Shown: one piece after another, positions 48,812-58,367 of the stretch
How the letters are laid out: each line of letters opens with the position of its first letter
How positions within the stretch are numbered: the first letter of the stretch is position 1
Source: Bacteroidota bacterium
GTDB lineage: Bacteria > Bacteroidota > Bacteroidia > Bacteroidales > VadinHA17
DNA length: 64,000 nucleotides
Direction: 5' to 3'
NCBI GenBank assembly: GCA_037127735.1
Contig: JBAXXU010000010.1
Span: forward strand, 883 to 64,882
Notes under the pieces: generated by a model
Told to the model about the DNA's origin: nothing
Database searches by the model: none
The model's input: the letters and a program-made list of their open reading frames with translations, nothing else
Made by a program: the position numbers and the translations under genes

Positions 48812-49720
48812 TTAATTTCGCGCTTCAACTACTCTTATGAATATCTCATTCATTGATGGAAGAGCCGGGTTAAAAGAAATAATGTTACCCGATTTCATGA
48901 CTGTCTGAAGGATATCATTTGTATCAATATTGCCGGTCGTCTTCAGTCTTATTATACTTTTGTTATGCTCCTTTTGCTGATTCAGGATATTGTAATGACC
49001 ATTACCTTCTAATTTCACATCGCCTTTAAATACAAGATCATATTCGTTGGCGGCCCATTGGCTGCGGATCTCATGCACACTACCTTCCAGTATGGTTTTT
49101 GCTTTATCAATCAGGGTAATATTATCACAAAGCTCTTCAACAGATTCCATGTTGTGTGTTGAAAAGATAATTGTTGCCCCTTTTTCCCTGAGGAAAAGAA
49201 TCTCTTTTTTAACAATATTGGTATTTAGAGGGTCAAATCCGGTGAAAGGTTCATCAAATATCAGAAGTTTAGGTTCATGAAGTACAGTTATTATGAACTG
49301 GACTTTCTGCTGCATTCCTTTTGATAATTCTTCGACTTTTTTGCCCCACCAGTCGATAATATCGAGTTTTTTGAACCAGTATTTTAATCTTTTCATTGCT
49401 TCAGCTTTCGAGAGTCCTTTAAGCTGTGCAAAGTAAAGGGCCTGTTCACCTACCTTCATTTTTTTATATAAGCCTCTTTCCTCTGGCAGATAGCCGATAA
49501 CCTGAACATCCTCAGGCATCAGTTTTTTACCATTAAGAAACAGCTCGCCGGAATCGGGTCCTGTTATCTGGTTGATTATCCTTATCAGTGTGGTTTTTCC
49601 GGCTCCGTTAGGTCCGAGTAGTCCGTAAATGCATTGTTCCGGAACCGAAATGCTGACATTATCAAGGGCCGGCTGGTCACCGTATTGTTTAGTGACATTC
49701 TTTGCTTCAAAAAGTGCCAT
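48812..49720 (-). CDS. ABC transporter ATP-binding protein
   Basis: 302 aa with Walker A GPNGAGKTT, signature LSKGMQQK and Walker B LLIFDEP. Confidence 0.9.
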   Translation of the reverse strand: MALFEAKNVTKQYGDQPALDNVSISVPEQCIYGLLGPNGAGKTTLIRIINQITGPDSGELFLNGKKLMPEDVQVIGYLPEERGLYKKMKVGEQALYFAQLKGLSKAEAMKRLKYWFKKLDIIDWWGKKVEELSKGMQQKVQFIITVLHEPKLLIFDEPFTGFDPLNTNIVKKEILFLREKGATIIFSTHNMESVEELCDNITLIDKAKTILEGSVHEIRSQWAANEYDLVFKGDVKLEGNGHYNILNQQKEHNKSIIRLKTTGNIDTNDILQTVMKSGNIISFNPALPSMNEIFIRVVEARN

Positions 49721-49770
49721 AAGGGATAATATTAAAATTATTTAAAAGAAGTGTAAATATAGAAAAGTTT

Positions 49771-50904
49771 CTACTCAAAGTACCCTTTCATCCTTTCAAA
49801 AAATCCCTTATCGTTTTTGTCGGGGTCAGGGGTGAAAGAGGCGGAGTCTTTAAATTTCTCAAAGGTTTTCAGTTCTTCTTTGTTGATACTTTTGGGTATC
49901 CATACATTAACATTGACAAGCAGATCACCCCTGCCATACCCGTTAACTTCAGGTAATCCTTTTCCTCTGAGACGTAGTATTTTACCGGGTTGAGTGCCGG
50001 GTTCTATCTTTATTTTCACGTTATTGTCAACTGTTGGCACTTCAACGTATGCACCGAGTATCGCGTCAGGGATACTAATAAATAAATTGTATATCAGGTC
50101 ATTACCCTCTCTTATCAGGTCGGGATGTTCCTCTTCATCAATAACAACAAGCAGGTCGCCGTTTACTCCGCCTCTCCTGGGGGCATTTCCTTTGCCGGCG
50201 ACAGTCATCTGCATCCCTTTACCGACACCGGCAGGGATGTTTATTTTAATTACCTCTTCTTTCTGAACAATTCCCTCCCCGTAACAGGCAGTACATTTTC
50301 TTGTAATAGTCTTTCCCTCTCCACCACATGCAGGGCATACCGAGGTAGTCTGCATCTGCCCGAGTATTGTATTGGTCAGTCTTGTAACTTGTCCCGAGCC
50401 GCGGCAAGTTGAACATGTAGATAAACCTGATGAGTCAGCTGCTCCTGAACCTCCGCATGAGTTACATGTATCGTATTTATTGACCTTGATTTTTTTTTCA
50501 GCGCCGGCTGCAATTTCCGGGAGGGTGAGTTTTACTTTAACCCTGAGGTTACTTCCTTTATTAACCCTGTGGCCACGCCGGCCTCCCCCGAAACCGCCAA
50601 ATCCACCGAAAATATCTCCAAAAGATGAGAAAATATCATCCATGGTCATTCCCTGGCCACCGAAGCCGTTACCGCTATTTCCCATCCCTGCATGGCCGTA
50701 ACGGTCGTACCTTGCTTTTTTATCCTCATTGCTTAAAACTTCGTACGCCTCGGCAGCTTCCTTAAAATTATCTTCTGCTTTCTTATCACCCGGATTCTTG
50801 TCGGGATGAAATTTTACAGCCTGTTTTCTATATGCTTTCTTTATCTCCTCTTTCGTGGCCTCCTTCGATACTCCGAGCACTTCATAAAAATCTCTTTTTC
50901 CCAT
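49771..50904 (-). CDS. dnaJ: molecular chaperone DnaJ
   Basis: 377 aa with J-domain HPD ([10 protein letters not shown]), a G/F-rich linker and four CxxCxGxG repeats. Confidence 0.97.
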   Translation of the reverse strand: MGKRDFYEVLGVSKEATKEEIKKAYRKQAVKFHPDKNPGDKKAEDNFKEAAEAYEVLSNEDKKARYDRYGHAGMGNSGNGFGGQGMTMDDIFSSFGDIFGGFGGFGGGRRGHRVNKGSNLRVKVKLTLPEIAAGAEKKIKVNKYDTCNSCGGSGAADSSGLSTCSTCRGSGQVTRLTNTILGQMQTTSVCPACGGEGKTITRKCTACYGEGIVQKEEVIKINIPAGVGKGMQMTVAGKGNAPRRGGVNGDLLVVIDEEEHPDLIREGNDLIYNLFISIPDAILGAYVEVPTVDNNVKIKIEPGTQPGKILRLRGKGLPEVNGYGRGDLLVNVNVWIPKSINKEELKTFEKFKDSASFTPDPDKNDKGFFERMKGYFE

Positions 50905-50962
50905 CCCTTTTAAATTTTATTTTGTACGCCACCGTTCCAAGATTATGGATAAGTTTTTTAAT

Positions 50963-51610
50963 TCACTCACCTACTATTACTTTTGAGAACCTTAAAACCT
51001 TATCTTGCAGATAGTAACCCTTTAGAACCACGTCAACCACTTTTCCTTTTTTATCATCTTCAGCAGCCGGAACTTTTGCAACAGCTTCATGGAGATCAAC
51101 GTTGAAATTATTGTTCAGTGATTCAATTTCTTTTACCCCGTTCTGTTTAAAAAAATCGCAAAACTTACCATAAATGAGGTCAATCCCGTTTTTCATTGCA
51201 ACACAATCTGTTGTTGTATCCATAAGTTTGAGAGCCCTGTCAAAATCATCCATTAGCGGGATTATTTTCAGAAGAAGATTTTCTTCCGCGTATTTTGATA
51301 ATTCCATCTTCTCGCGCAGGGTTCTTTTCCTATAGTTGTCAAATTCAGCAGAAAGCCTGATATACTTATCCTGCATCTCTGCCAGTTTTTCTTCCATTGC
51401 CCTCACTTCGGGTATAACTTTGTCAGTATCGGCATCTTTTCCGATAACGCCATTTGATTCAGATTTTTTTGCTTCAATGTCAGAAGATATATCTGATTTT
51501 TTCCCGTTGCTATTCTCCGGATTTAAAGTAGTTTCTTTATTTTCAGTTGTTTTGTTATGATTTTTCTGTAATGTTTCTTCCGGGTCCTTTATCTTTTTCT
51601 TCATCATCAC
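50963..51610 (-). CDS. grpE: nucleotide exchange factor GrpE
   Basis: 215 aa with RLSAEFDNYRKR. Upstream of dnaJ. Confidence 0.9.
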   Translation of the reverse strand: MMMKKKIKDPEETLQKNHNKTTENKETTLNPENSNGKKSDISSDIEAKKSESNGVIGKDADTDKVIPEVRAMEEKLAEMQDKYIRLSAEFDNYRKRTLREKMELSKYAEENLLLKIIPLMDDFDRALKLMDTTTDCVAMKNGIDLIYGKFCDFFKQNGVKEIESLNNNFNVDLHEAVAKVPAAEDDKKGKVVDVVLKGYYLQDKVLRFSKVIVGE

Positions 51611-51724
51611 ACACTATATTTCAGTTTCAATATCATTATTTAACAAATTACCTGCCAATAACCGAAAGTTGACAAATTGACAGGAAAGAACTGGCGCAAC
51701 GGCTCATCGGTCGCGACATTCTTC

Positions 51725-53032
51725 TTATCCGATTCGTTGAATATCAGCCCCCAGGGCATTTAGTCGTTTGTCAATATTCTCATAACCCCTGTCTATCTGT
51801 TCGATATTATGAATGACACTTTTTCCTTCAGCAGAAAGTGCTGCAATCAGCAGCGCCACCCCGGCCCTGATATCGGGTGATGACATAACCGTTCCCCGGA
51901 GCCTGATTGCTCTATCCTGGCCAATTACTGTTGCCCTGTGCGGATCGCAGAGAATTATCTGGGCTCCCATGTCAATCAGTTTGTCAACAAAGAAAAGACG
52001 ACTTTCGAACATCTTCTGGTGAATGAGTACGGTCCCTTTTGCCTGAGTTGCCGTTACCAGGAAAACACTTAACAAGTCGGGAGTAAGACCCGGCCATATA
52101 GCATCGGCTATTGTCATAATCGAGCCATCAATAAAAGTCTCTATTTCATAATGTTCCTGCCGGGGAATATAAATATCGTCACCCCTTCTTTCAAGTTTTA
52201 TTCCCAGGCGGCTAAATGAATCGGGTATAATTCCAAGGCTGTCGTACGATGTGTTTTTAATAGTAAGCTCCGATTCTGTCATTGCAGCCATTCCAATGAA
52301 CGAGCCTATTTCGATCATATCGGGAAGGATAGTATGGGTACAGCCCGTCAGACCGGAGACTCCGTCAATATAAAGCAGGTTGGATCCTATGCCGGCGATT
52401 TTTGCGCCCATCGAAACAAGCATGCTGCAAAGTTGCTGAACATAAGGTTCGCAGGCGGCATTATAAATTGTTGTGCGGCCTTTAGCGAGAACTGCAGCCA
52501 TGATAATATTGGCTGTTCCGGTAACCGATGCCTCATCAAGGTGCATATATGTACCTGTTAATACCGGAGCTTCAACTTTAAAAAATGGATCGGTGGTATC
52601 AAATTCAAATCTGGCTCCAAGTTTTTGAAAACCAATGAAATGGGTGTCAACTCTGCGTCGTCCTATCTTATCGCCTCCCGGTTTTGGTATGAAAGCTTTT
52701 CCGAACCTTGAGAGGAGTGGTCCGACAATCATTATTGATCCTCTCAAACTGGAACTCTGTACCCTGAATTCACTTGTCTGAAGGTAATCAAGGTTAACAT
52801 TGAGAGCCTCAAAACTTGTTACCGAATCGGATTCTTTGGTTACTTCAACCCCCATGCAGCCAATCAGTTCAATCAATTTATTGACATCGCTGATATCTGG
52901 AATATTTTTGATAGTAATTTTCCCGGAGGTAAGGAGAGTTGCACAGATAACCTGCAGGGCTTCATTTTTGGCTCCCTGTGGTGTTATTTCTCCTTTAAGC
53001 GAATTTCCACCATGAACAATAAATGTACCCAT
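51725..53032 (-). CDS. murA: UDP-N-acetylglucosamine 1-carboxyvinyltransferase
   Basis: 435 aa with the active-site loop KPGGDKIGRRRVDTH (Asp where E. coli has Cys115). Confidence 0.95.
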   Translation of the reverse strand: MGTFIVHGGNSLKGEITPQGAKNEALQVICATLLTSGKITIKNIPDISDVNKLIELIGCMGVEVTKESDSVTSFEALNVNLDYLQTSEFRVQSSSLRGSIMIVGPLLSRFGKAFIPKPGGDKIGRRRVDTHFIGFQKLGARFEFDTTDPFFKVEAPVLTGTYMHLDEASVTGTANIIMAAVLAKGRTTIYNAACEPYVQQLCSMLVSMGAKIAGIGSNLLYIDGVSGLTGCTHTILPDMIEIGSFIGMAAMTESELTIKNTSYDSLGIIPDSFSRLGIKLERRGDDIYIPRQEHYEIETFIDGSIMTIADAIWPGLTPDLLSVFLVTATQAKGTVLIHQKMFESRLFFVDKLIDMGAQIILCDPHRATVIGQDRAIRLRGTVMSSPDIRAGVALLIAALSAEGKSVIHNIEQIDRGYENIDKRLNALGADIQRIG

Positions 53033-53667
53033 TAATGTCTGCTGTATCCTTTTTTCTTAATGAATTGTTTTCCATGAGGTTTTCCCAGCGGTTTTCTTTT
53101 AACAGGTGGTATCAGCTCTCTGACTTCAAGAATCTTTACGCCCTCTGTCATCTGCAGTTTCCCTTTTGATAATATTTTCATATCTTTTATTATCACCTCA
53201 TCAGCAACCTGCGCCCTGTTCCACGTGATATATGATTTCTTCATCTGATTTACTATCAGTGTAGTCAGGTACTCCTTTTCATCTCCATCTTCCATTTCAA
53301 TAGCAGAGTCAATCATCAGTCCGATAATGCGTCCGTAGTGAAGAAATCGTATATCGCCTTGTTTATAAGGTACCTGTTTAGGTTTATCAACGAATTTCGA
53401 AGGTTCCGGAACGGGGTATGGCGAATCAATATCCAGCTCAAAGCGTGCTATCAGTGCAAGATGGTCCCAAAGTTTATGCTTAAAATCGCCTATATCGCGA
53501 AGATGAGTATTAAGGTTGCCCATTATCTGGATAATTGTTTTTGCCGCGCGGTTTCTCTCATCCCTGTCTTCAATGGTCTTTATATGATCAACCATCTTCT
53601 GAACATTCCTCCCGTATTCAGGCAATGCCATCCTTTTTCTCTGCGTATTGTAATCGTAATTTATCAT
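53032..53667 (-). CDS. DUF4290-like protein upstream of murA
   Basis: 211 aa with a 1-nt overlap onto the murA start. MALPEYGRNVQKMVDH... resembles the Bacteroidota DUF4290 family (from memory). Confidence 0.65.
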   Translation of the reverse strand: MINYDYNTQRKRMALPEYGRNVQKMVDHIKTIEDRDERNRAAKTIIQIMGNLNTHLRDIGDFKHKLWDHLALIARFELDIDSPYPVPEPSKFVDKPKQVPYKQGDIRFLHYGRIIGLMIDSAIEMEDGDEKEYLTTLIVNQMKKSYITWNRAQVADEVIIKDMKILSKGKLQMTEGVKILEVRELIPPVKRKPLGKPHGKQFIKKKGYSRH

Positions 53668-53777
53668 GTGCTGTTTATTTTGTGCAAAGCTAATAATTTA
53701 AAGCAAATTCACGAAAGATTGCAAGAGATCACAAAGTTATGGGTTTTTTGCGAGTTTAAGCGCCTTTCTCTGACACA

Positions 53778-53873
53778 GCAAGCCATTGGAATTGTTTATA
53801 CTGCTCAGACCCATGATATTTCGATTCCTTTAGCAGGTAAACTCGATCTGGTATGCAGTAAAGCCAAATTTAA
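53778..53873 (+). repeat. 96-bp relic copy of an internal segment of the caspase-like gene (partner at 60899-60994)
   Basis: By manual alignment, 86 of 96 positions are identical in direct orientation. In frame it encodes QAIGIVYTAQTHDISIPLAGKLDLVCSKAKF, versus QAIGIVYPTQSKDISIPLTGNLDLISSKAKF in the intact gene. Confidence 0.85.
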
Positions 53874-53918
53874 TTGAATAATTATTGCATAATGTTAAAT
53901 ACATATTACAAATACGTG

Positions 53919-53926
53919 TATATTTG
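53919..53926 (+). promoter_or_regulatory. candidate -7 promoter box (TAnnTTTG) for the XRE-hipA pair
   Basis: tatatttg lies 19 nt upstream of the ATG at 53945. Confidence 0.35.
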
Positions 53927-53944
53927 TGATATATATTTAATATT

Positions 53945-54367
53945 ATGAAAGTGAGAAATACTATATTATTACCGAGAGCACAGAAAACTATTTCAGTTCT
54001 CGGGGAGAATATCAAGCTGGCACGACTGAGAAGGAAATATAGTGCACAACAGGTAGCTGAGAGGGCAAATATCAGCAGACCAACATTAGTTTCCATTGAA
54101 AAGGGGAATCCAAATGTAACAATTGGAGCCTATGTTAAGGTACTTTCAGTCCTTGGACTTGAGAATGATATCATGGTGGTTGCCAATGATGATAAATTAG
54201 GCAGAAGATTACAGGATGCTAAATTAATAGTCAGGAAACGGGCACCAAAAATTTCTAAAAATGATAAATTACGGGGCGACCGGCATGTTTCAGAAATAAT
54301 TATCAAGGGACAAACTCCAAAAGTGAAACTATCAAAGAAAGAAGATGGAAACAACAAGAAGCAATAA
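53945..54367 (+). CDS. XRE-family helix-turn-helix protein (HipB-like antitoxin candidate) with a K-rich C-terminal tail
   Basis: 140 aa with HTH LGENIKLARLRRKYSAQQVAERANISRPTLVSIEKGN. Overlaps the hipA-like gene by 23 nt. Confidence 0.8.
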   Translation: MKVRNTILLPRAQKTISVLGENIKLARLRRKYSAQQVAERANISRPTLVSIEKGNPNVTIGAYVKVLSVLGLENDIMVVANDDKLGRRLQDAKLIVRKRAPKISKNDKLRGDRHVSEIIIKGQTPKVKLSKKEDGNNKKQ

Positions 54368-55220
54368 TAAAGATATTTATGTCTATGCTCATTGGAGCGG
54401 TATGAAAGAACCGGTATTTATGGGTGTGCTAAAAGCTGAATATACCAGAGGAAAGGAAATATTTTCTTTTAGTTACTCAGATGGTTGGCTTAAATCTCGT
54501 TATGCTCAGATACTTGATCCGGAATTGCAGTTTTATGCCGGATCGCAATACGCAAAAGAAAAGAAACAAAACTTTGGAGTTTTTCTGGATTCTTCTCCCG
54601 ATCGCTGGGGGCGCATCCTGATGAAGAGGCGTGAAGCGGCGATGGCAAGATCAGAAAGGCGACCTGAAAAGACATTAAGAGAATCTGACTATTTGCTTGG
54701 TGTTTTTGATGGTCACCGCATGGGTGCAATACGGTTCAAAGAAGATACTGATGGCCCATTTCTTAATGACAATACAACACTTGCCTCTCCAACATGGACT
54801 TCAATAAAAGAATTAGAACAAATCAGTCTATGGCTCGAAGATGATGAAGCAATTGAGGATCCTGAATATTTGAAATGGTTAACAATTTTAATTAATCCGG
54901 GTTCATCGCTGGGTGGAGCCAGACCAAAAGCAAGTGTTCTTGATGATAAAAAAAATCTTTGGATAGCTAAATTTCCAGGTAAGTATGACAGTAAAGATAT
55001 AGGTGGGTGGGAAAAGGTTACAAATAAACTTGCAAGGGATGCAGGTTTAAATGTAGCTGTCTCAAAAATCCAAAAATTTTCAACCAAATATAATACATAC
55101 ATGACGAAAAGATTTGACAGGACGAGTACAGGTGAACGGATCCACTATGCTTCAGCTATGAACATGTTAGGTTATATTGAAGGAAACAACTTCCGGGATG
55201 GGGTCCTGTTCATTAATTAA
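54345..55220 (+). CDS. hipA: HipA-family kinase toxin, C-terminally truncated (likely inactive)
   Basis: 291 aa with a HipA N-terminal region and the P-loop-like NPGSSLGGARPKASV. The frame stops shortly after RIHYASAMNML, before the catalytic-loop region expected in full-length HipA proteins of about 400-440 aa. Confidence 0.75.
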   Translation: METTRSNNKDIYVYAHWSGMKEPVFMGVLKAEYTRGKEIFSFSYSDGWLKSRYAQILDPELQFYAGSQYAKEKKQNFGVFLDSSPDRWGRILMKRREAAMARSERRPEKTLRESDYLLGVFDGHRMGAIRFKEDTDGPFLNDNTTLASPTWTSIKELEQISLWLEDDEAIEDPEYLKWLTILINPGSSLGGARPKASVLDDKKNLWIAKFPGKYDSKDIGGWEKVTNKLARDAGLNVAVSKIQKFSTKYNTYMTKRFDRTSTGERIHYASAMNMLGYIEGNNFRDGVLFIN

Positions 55221-55346
55221 TGGGTCATTGAATTGTTTCTAATTAAGTGGTAACTCCTGATGAAGATTATCATGTTTTTCAATCGTATTTATTTTTCAAA
55301 CATTGGACACTAAATTAGATTTGCTGTCTTTTGTTTGATTTTTTAT

Positions 55347-55354
55347 TACCTTTG
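55347..55354 (+). promoter_or_regulatory. candidate -7 promoter box (TAnnTTTG) for the first AbiE-like module
   Basis: tacctttg lies 24 nt upstream of the TTG start at 55378. Confidence 0.35.
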
Positions 55355-55377
55355 TAAAGCATAACATTTAAAACGAA

Positions 55378-56133
55378 TTGACTAAAGACTTCATTTTAGA
55401 GCAACTAAATAAGACATTCAAGGGGAAGACATCCTTTTCCAGAGAATCGCTTTTGTCTTTCTATCGGCAATTTGATCCTGATCTGAACGATTCAACGTTT
55501 CGATGGAGATTGTATCAGCTAAAAGCTAAGAAGATTATTACACCAATTTCTCAAAATCTTTTTACACTCACCTACAAACCTGACTTCAAACCTGAAACCG
55601 GTGCTTTTGAGAGAAAAATATTCATCAGGGTTGAAAAACAGTTTACCGGCCTGAAACAATGCATTTGGACTACCCAGGCTGTCAGTGAATTTATGCTTCA
55701 CATTCCTGGCAAGCACATAACAATTTTGCAAGTAGAGAAAGAAGCAATGGAGCCGGTTTTTGAATTTTTGAAAGATCAGAATTTAGGAAAAGTATACATC
55801 CAACCTGAAGAAAAGGAAATTGAGCGTTACATTTTTGAAACTGAACACTCAATAATACTTCAGTCATTGATTTCAAAGGCGCCAACTCAAAAAGTTGGAA
55901 AAGTTACCACCATTACCCTTGAAAAAATGATAGTTGATCTGTTCAGTGATAAAAACCTATTAATTGCTTTTCAGGGAAGGGAATTAGTACACATTATAAA
56001 CAATGCGTACCAACGTTATTCGATTAATTTCACAACATTATTTCATTATGCGAGAAGGAGAGGGAAGAAAATAGCCATAAAGGGATTCCTTTCAGAAAAA
56101 ACAGATATTCCTAAAAATATTTTCAATGATTAA
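55378..56133 (+). CDS. AbiEi-like antitoxin candidate (winged-helix N-terminus; resembles the DUF6577 family)
   Basis: 251 aa. Overlaps the downstream nucleotidyltransferase gene by 8 nt (ATGATTAA). Family name is from memory only. Confidence 0.5.
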   Translation: MTKDFILEQLNKTFKGKTSFSRESLLSFYRQFDPDLNDSTFRWRLYQLKAKKIITPISQNLFTLTYKPDFKPETGAFERKIFIRVEKQFTGLKQCIWTTQAVSEFMLHIPGKHITILQVEKEAMEPVFEFLKDQNLGKVYIQPEEKEIERYIFETEHSIILQSLISKAPTQKVGKVTTITLEKMIVDLFSDKNLLIAFQGRELVHIINNAYQRYSINFTTLFHYARRRGKKIAIKGFLSEKTDIPKNIFND

Positions 56134-57247
56134 AGTTGAATCACTATCAGCAGACTGGATATCCGAGAGGAGAAAGAAATTCAGTAAGGATCCAACTATA
56201 ATGGAAGGCATGATATATGCTTTTTATCTACTGGAACGGCTTAAAATGACTGGTCTGGATTTCATTTTTAAAGGAGGAACAAGTTTAGTATTATTGATGG
56301 ATCAACCAAAGCGGTTTTCGGTTGATATTGATGTAATTGTCAGTCCTTCAATTAATAAAGAAAAACTGGGAAAGTATCTTTCAAAAATAGTTGGATTAAG
56401 TGTTTTTACCCGGATGGAGTTGGATGAAGGGAGAAGTTATCAGCAAGGCATTCCAAAAGCGCATTACAGGTTCTTCTATAATTCAAATTTTCCGAACAAG
56501 AATAGAGAAGATAAGGTGATTTTAAATCCCGAAAGGGAAATATTACTTGATGTTGTTTTTCCGAGTAATCTATACCCAATTTTGGTAGATAAACCAATCC
56601 AAACCGAATGGCTGATACAGGAGGGTAAACCATTAGTTGTCAGGATTCCAGATGTCAATTCTATTACAGGTGATAAGCTTACTGCTTTTGCCCCGAATAC
56701 TACCGGTGTACCTTATGGTCTTGATAAGGAAAAGGAAATCATGAAGCAGTTGTTCGATATTGGTTGTTTATTTGACTTATTAACAGATATAGAGGTTGTA
56801 AAAAGATCATTCAGGGAATCAGTTAAATCGGAAATTGAGTATAGACCACAACGGAAAATTGAATCTGTTGAACAGGTTCTTTGGGACATATTCAATACAG
56901 CATTATTAATTTCTCGGATTATCTTATTATCCAAAGGTGAAAAAAGTCTTGAATTGAGGGAAATATATACTGGTATAAACCAATTCAGACATTATGTTTT
57001 TGAAGGCAGTTTTAGTCTTATGGAGGCAAAGGTTGCTTCCTCAAAAGCGGCTTGCCTTGCTGCAATAATTCTATCTGATTATAAAGGGGAGTTGGAAAAA
57101 TTTAGTCCTGATATACCCATTTCGGATTATATGATAAACAATCCGGATTATAACTTTCTGAACAAACGCCTGAAATTTGTTGCTCGTGGAGAAGCATTGT
57201 ATTATTGGCACAATACGATAAGTCTATTATTTCCAGCAGATAAATAG
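56126..57247 (+). CDS. AbiEii/AbiGii-family nucleotidyltransferase toxin, long form
   Basis: 373 aa with the NTase motif FKGGTSLVLLMDQPKRFSVDIDVIV. Confidence 0.75.
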   Translation: MIKVESLSADWISERRKKFSKDPTIMEGMIYAFYLLERLKMTGLDFIFKGGTSLVLLMDQPKRFSVDIDVIVSPSINKEKLGKYLSKIVGLSVFTRMELDEGRSYQQGIPKAHYRFFYNSNFPNKNREDKVILNPEREILLDVVFPSNLYPILVDKPIQTEWLIQEGKPLVVRIPDVNSITGDKLTAFAPNTTGVPYGLDKEKEIMKQLFDIGCLFDLLTDIEVVKRSFRESVKSEIEYRPQRKIESVEQVLWDIFNTALLISRIILLSKGEKSLELREIYTGINQFRHYVFEGSFSLMEAKVASSKAACLAAIILSDYKGELEKFSPDIPISDYMINNPDYNFLNKRLKFVARGEALYYWHNTISLLFPADK

Positions 57248-57279
57248 CATGCTGCCTGATAATGGCATTAGCTATAGTT

Positions 57280-57471
57280 TCAACCAATAATAAGTTTATT
57301 CCGGTCAAGTGGTCTTGGACCGAGTTCCTGACCAAATAACTTCAGAACCTGATTTACTTTATCCATCCTCAGAGTAATCTTTCCCTGCTCATGATCACGA
57401 ACAAAGCGCAGCCCTACACCTGCTTTTTCAGCTTTAATGAGGTGCGTTTTAAGTTGATCATATAATAACAC
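57280..57471 (-). CDS. small XRE/Y4mF-like HTH protein, probably N-terminally shortened (copy A)
   Basis: 63 aa with a GTG start, ...KAEKAGVGLRFVRDHEQGKITLRMDKVNQVLKLFGQEL. Its 3' 149 bp are repeated at 59229-59377. Confidence 0.45.
   Translation of the reverse strand: MLLYDQLKTHLIKAEKAGVGLRFVRDHEQGKITLRMDKVNQVLKLFGQELGPRPLDRNKLIIG
57289..57437. repeat. 149-bp direct repeat, copy A (partner at 59229-59377)
   Basis: Manual alignment at a fixed offset of 1940 bp shows 6 mismatches in 149 positions. Confidence 0.9.
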
Positions 57472-57501
57472 GATAATATTTGTCTATTATTGGATATTTA
57501 T

Positions 57502-57509
57502 TATCTTTG
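57502..57509 (+). promoter_or_regulatory. candidate -7 promoter box (TAnnTTTG) for abiEi-abiEii
   Basis: tatctttg lies 46 nt upstream of the ATG at 57555 and inside the longer ORF-track reading frame. Confidence 0.35.
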
Positions 57510-57554
57510 TATTGCCAAATAGTGTATAATAACAGGATAATAAATGTCTGTAAA

Positions 57555-58367
57555 ATGAGAAGTATAGTAAGTTGGGACATTATTAAAAGGTTTTCTGGCG
57601 CTGACCAGAATTGTTTTACTTTTAAGGATGTTTTATTGGAATATCCCGATTCAAACAGAATTTATCTGTCGAGAGTTCTTGCCGGAATGATTGAAAAGGG
57701 GATGTTGATAAAATTAAACCGAAATCTGTATCACATTGTCCCTTCAAGTGCTGATCAAAACAATTATATTCCGGATTGGCATCTTGTTGCGAAGTATCTA
57801 ATGAAAGTGAAACAATATTATATTGGTTATTATTCCGCAATGCAGGTACACGGACTGATTACTCAGCCAAGTCTCAAAGAAATTATTGTTACGAACCTCC
57901 AGGTAAAACCATCAATAAAAAAGATCCGGGGTATAGAATTTCAATTTGTTTATCATATTAAAACAAGATTTTTCGGTTATAAAACCACATGGATAGACCA
58001 GCACGAGAAAGTAATGGTCAGTGACCTGGAAAAGACCATAGTAGATGCATTGACACGACCCCAATTATGCGGAGGAATGGTTGAGATTGGGAAAGCGTTA
58101 TATGAATCAAAAGAAAAAACAGACCTTAAGAAGTTAATTGAATACCTTAATCGCAATGGAAATGAGGCTTCAATAAAAAGATATTTGTTCCTTGTAGAAT
58201 TGCTTGGTCTTACCTGGACTAACCATCACGAAGAAATGTTAAAAAAGATTGGAGCAAGTTATCCCGTATTGGACACTACAGGTCCGGACCAGGGAAAGAA
58301 AGACTCAAGATTCGGTCTGAAAATCAACATCGATACTGAAACCATAAAGAAATCAATATTCACATGA
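57555..58367 (+). CDS. AbiEi-family type IV toxin-antitoxin system antitoxin
   Basis: Winged-helix N-terminus (FTFKDVLLEYPDSNRIYLSRVLAGMIEKGMLIKLNRNLYHI) plus a C-terminal AbiEi-like domain. The ATG at 57555 is preferred over the TTG at 57480. Overlaps the toxin gene by 4 nt. Confidence 0.7.
   Translation: MRSIVSWDIIKRFSGADQNCFTFKDVLLEYPDSNRIYLSRVLAGMIEKGMLIKLNRNLYHIVPSSADQNNYIPDWHLVAKYLMKVKQYYIGYYSAMQVHGLITQPSLKEIIVTNLQVKPSIKKIRGIEFQFVYHIKTRFFGYKTTWIDQHEKVMVSDLEKTIVDALTRPQLCGGMVEIGKALYESKEKTDLKKLIEYLNRNGNEASIKRYLFLVELLGLTWTNHHEEMLKKIGASYPVLDTTGPDQGKKDSRFGLKINIDTETIKKSIFT

Noticed and set aside
53338-53877. 179-aa plus-strand ORF
   Set aside because: It is antisense to the well-supported DUF4290-like gene for most of its length. 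Only its last 32 or so codons are meaningful, and those are the relic of the caspase-like gene.
57480-57554. The longer TTG-initiated start for the AbiEi gene
   Set aside because: A TAnnTTTG promoter box (57502-57509) lies inside this extension. The extension encodes a hydrophobic peptide unrelated to the winged-helix N-terminus, so the ATG at 57555 is preferred.
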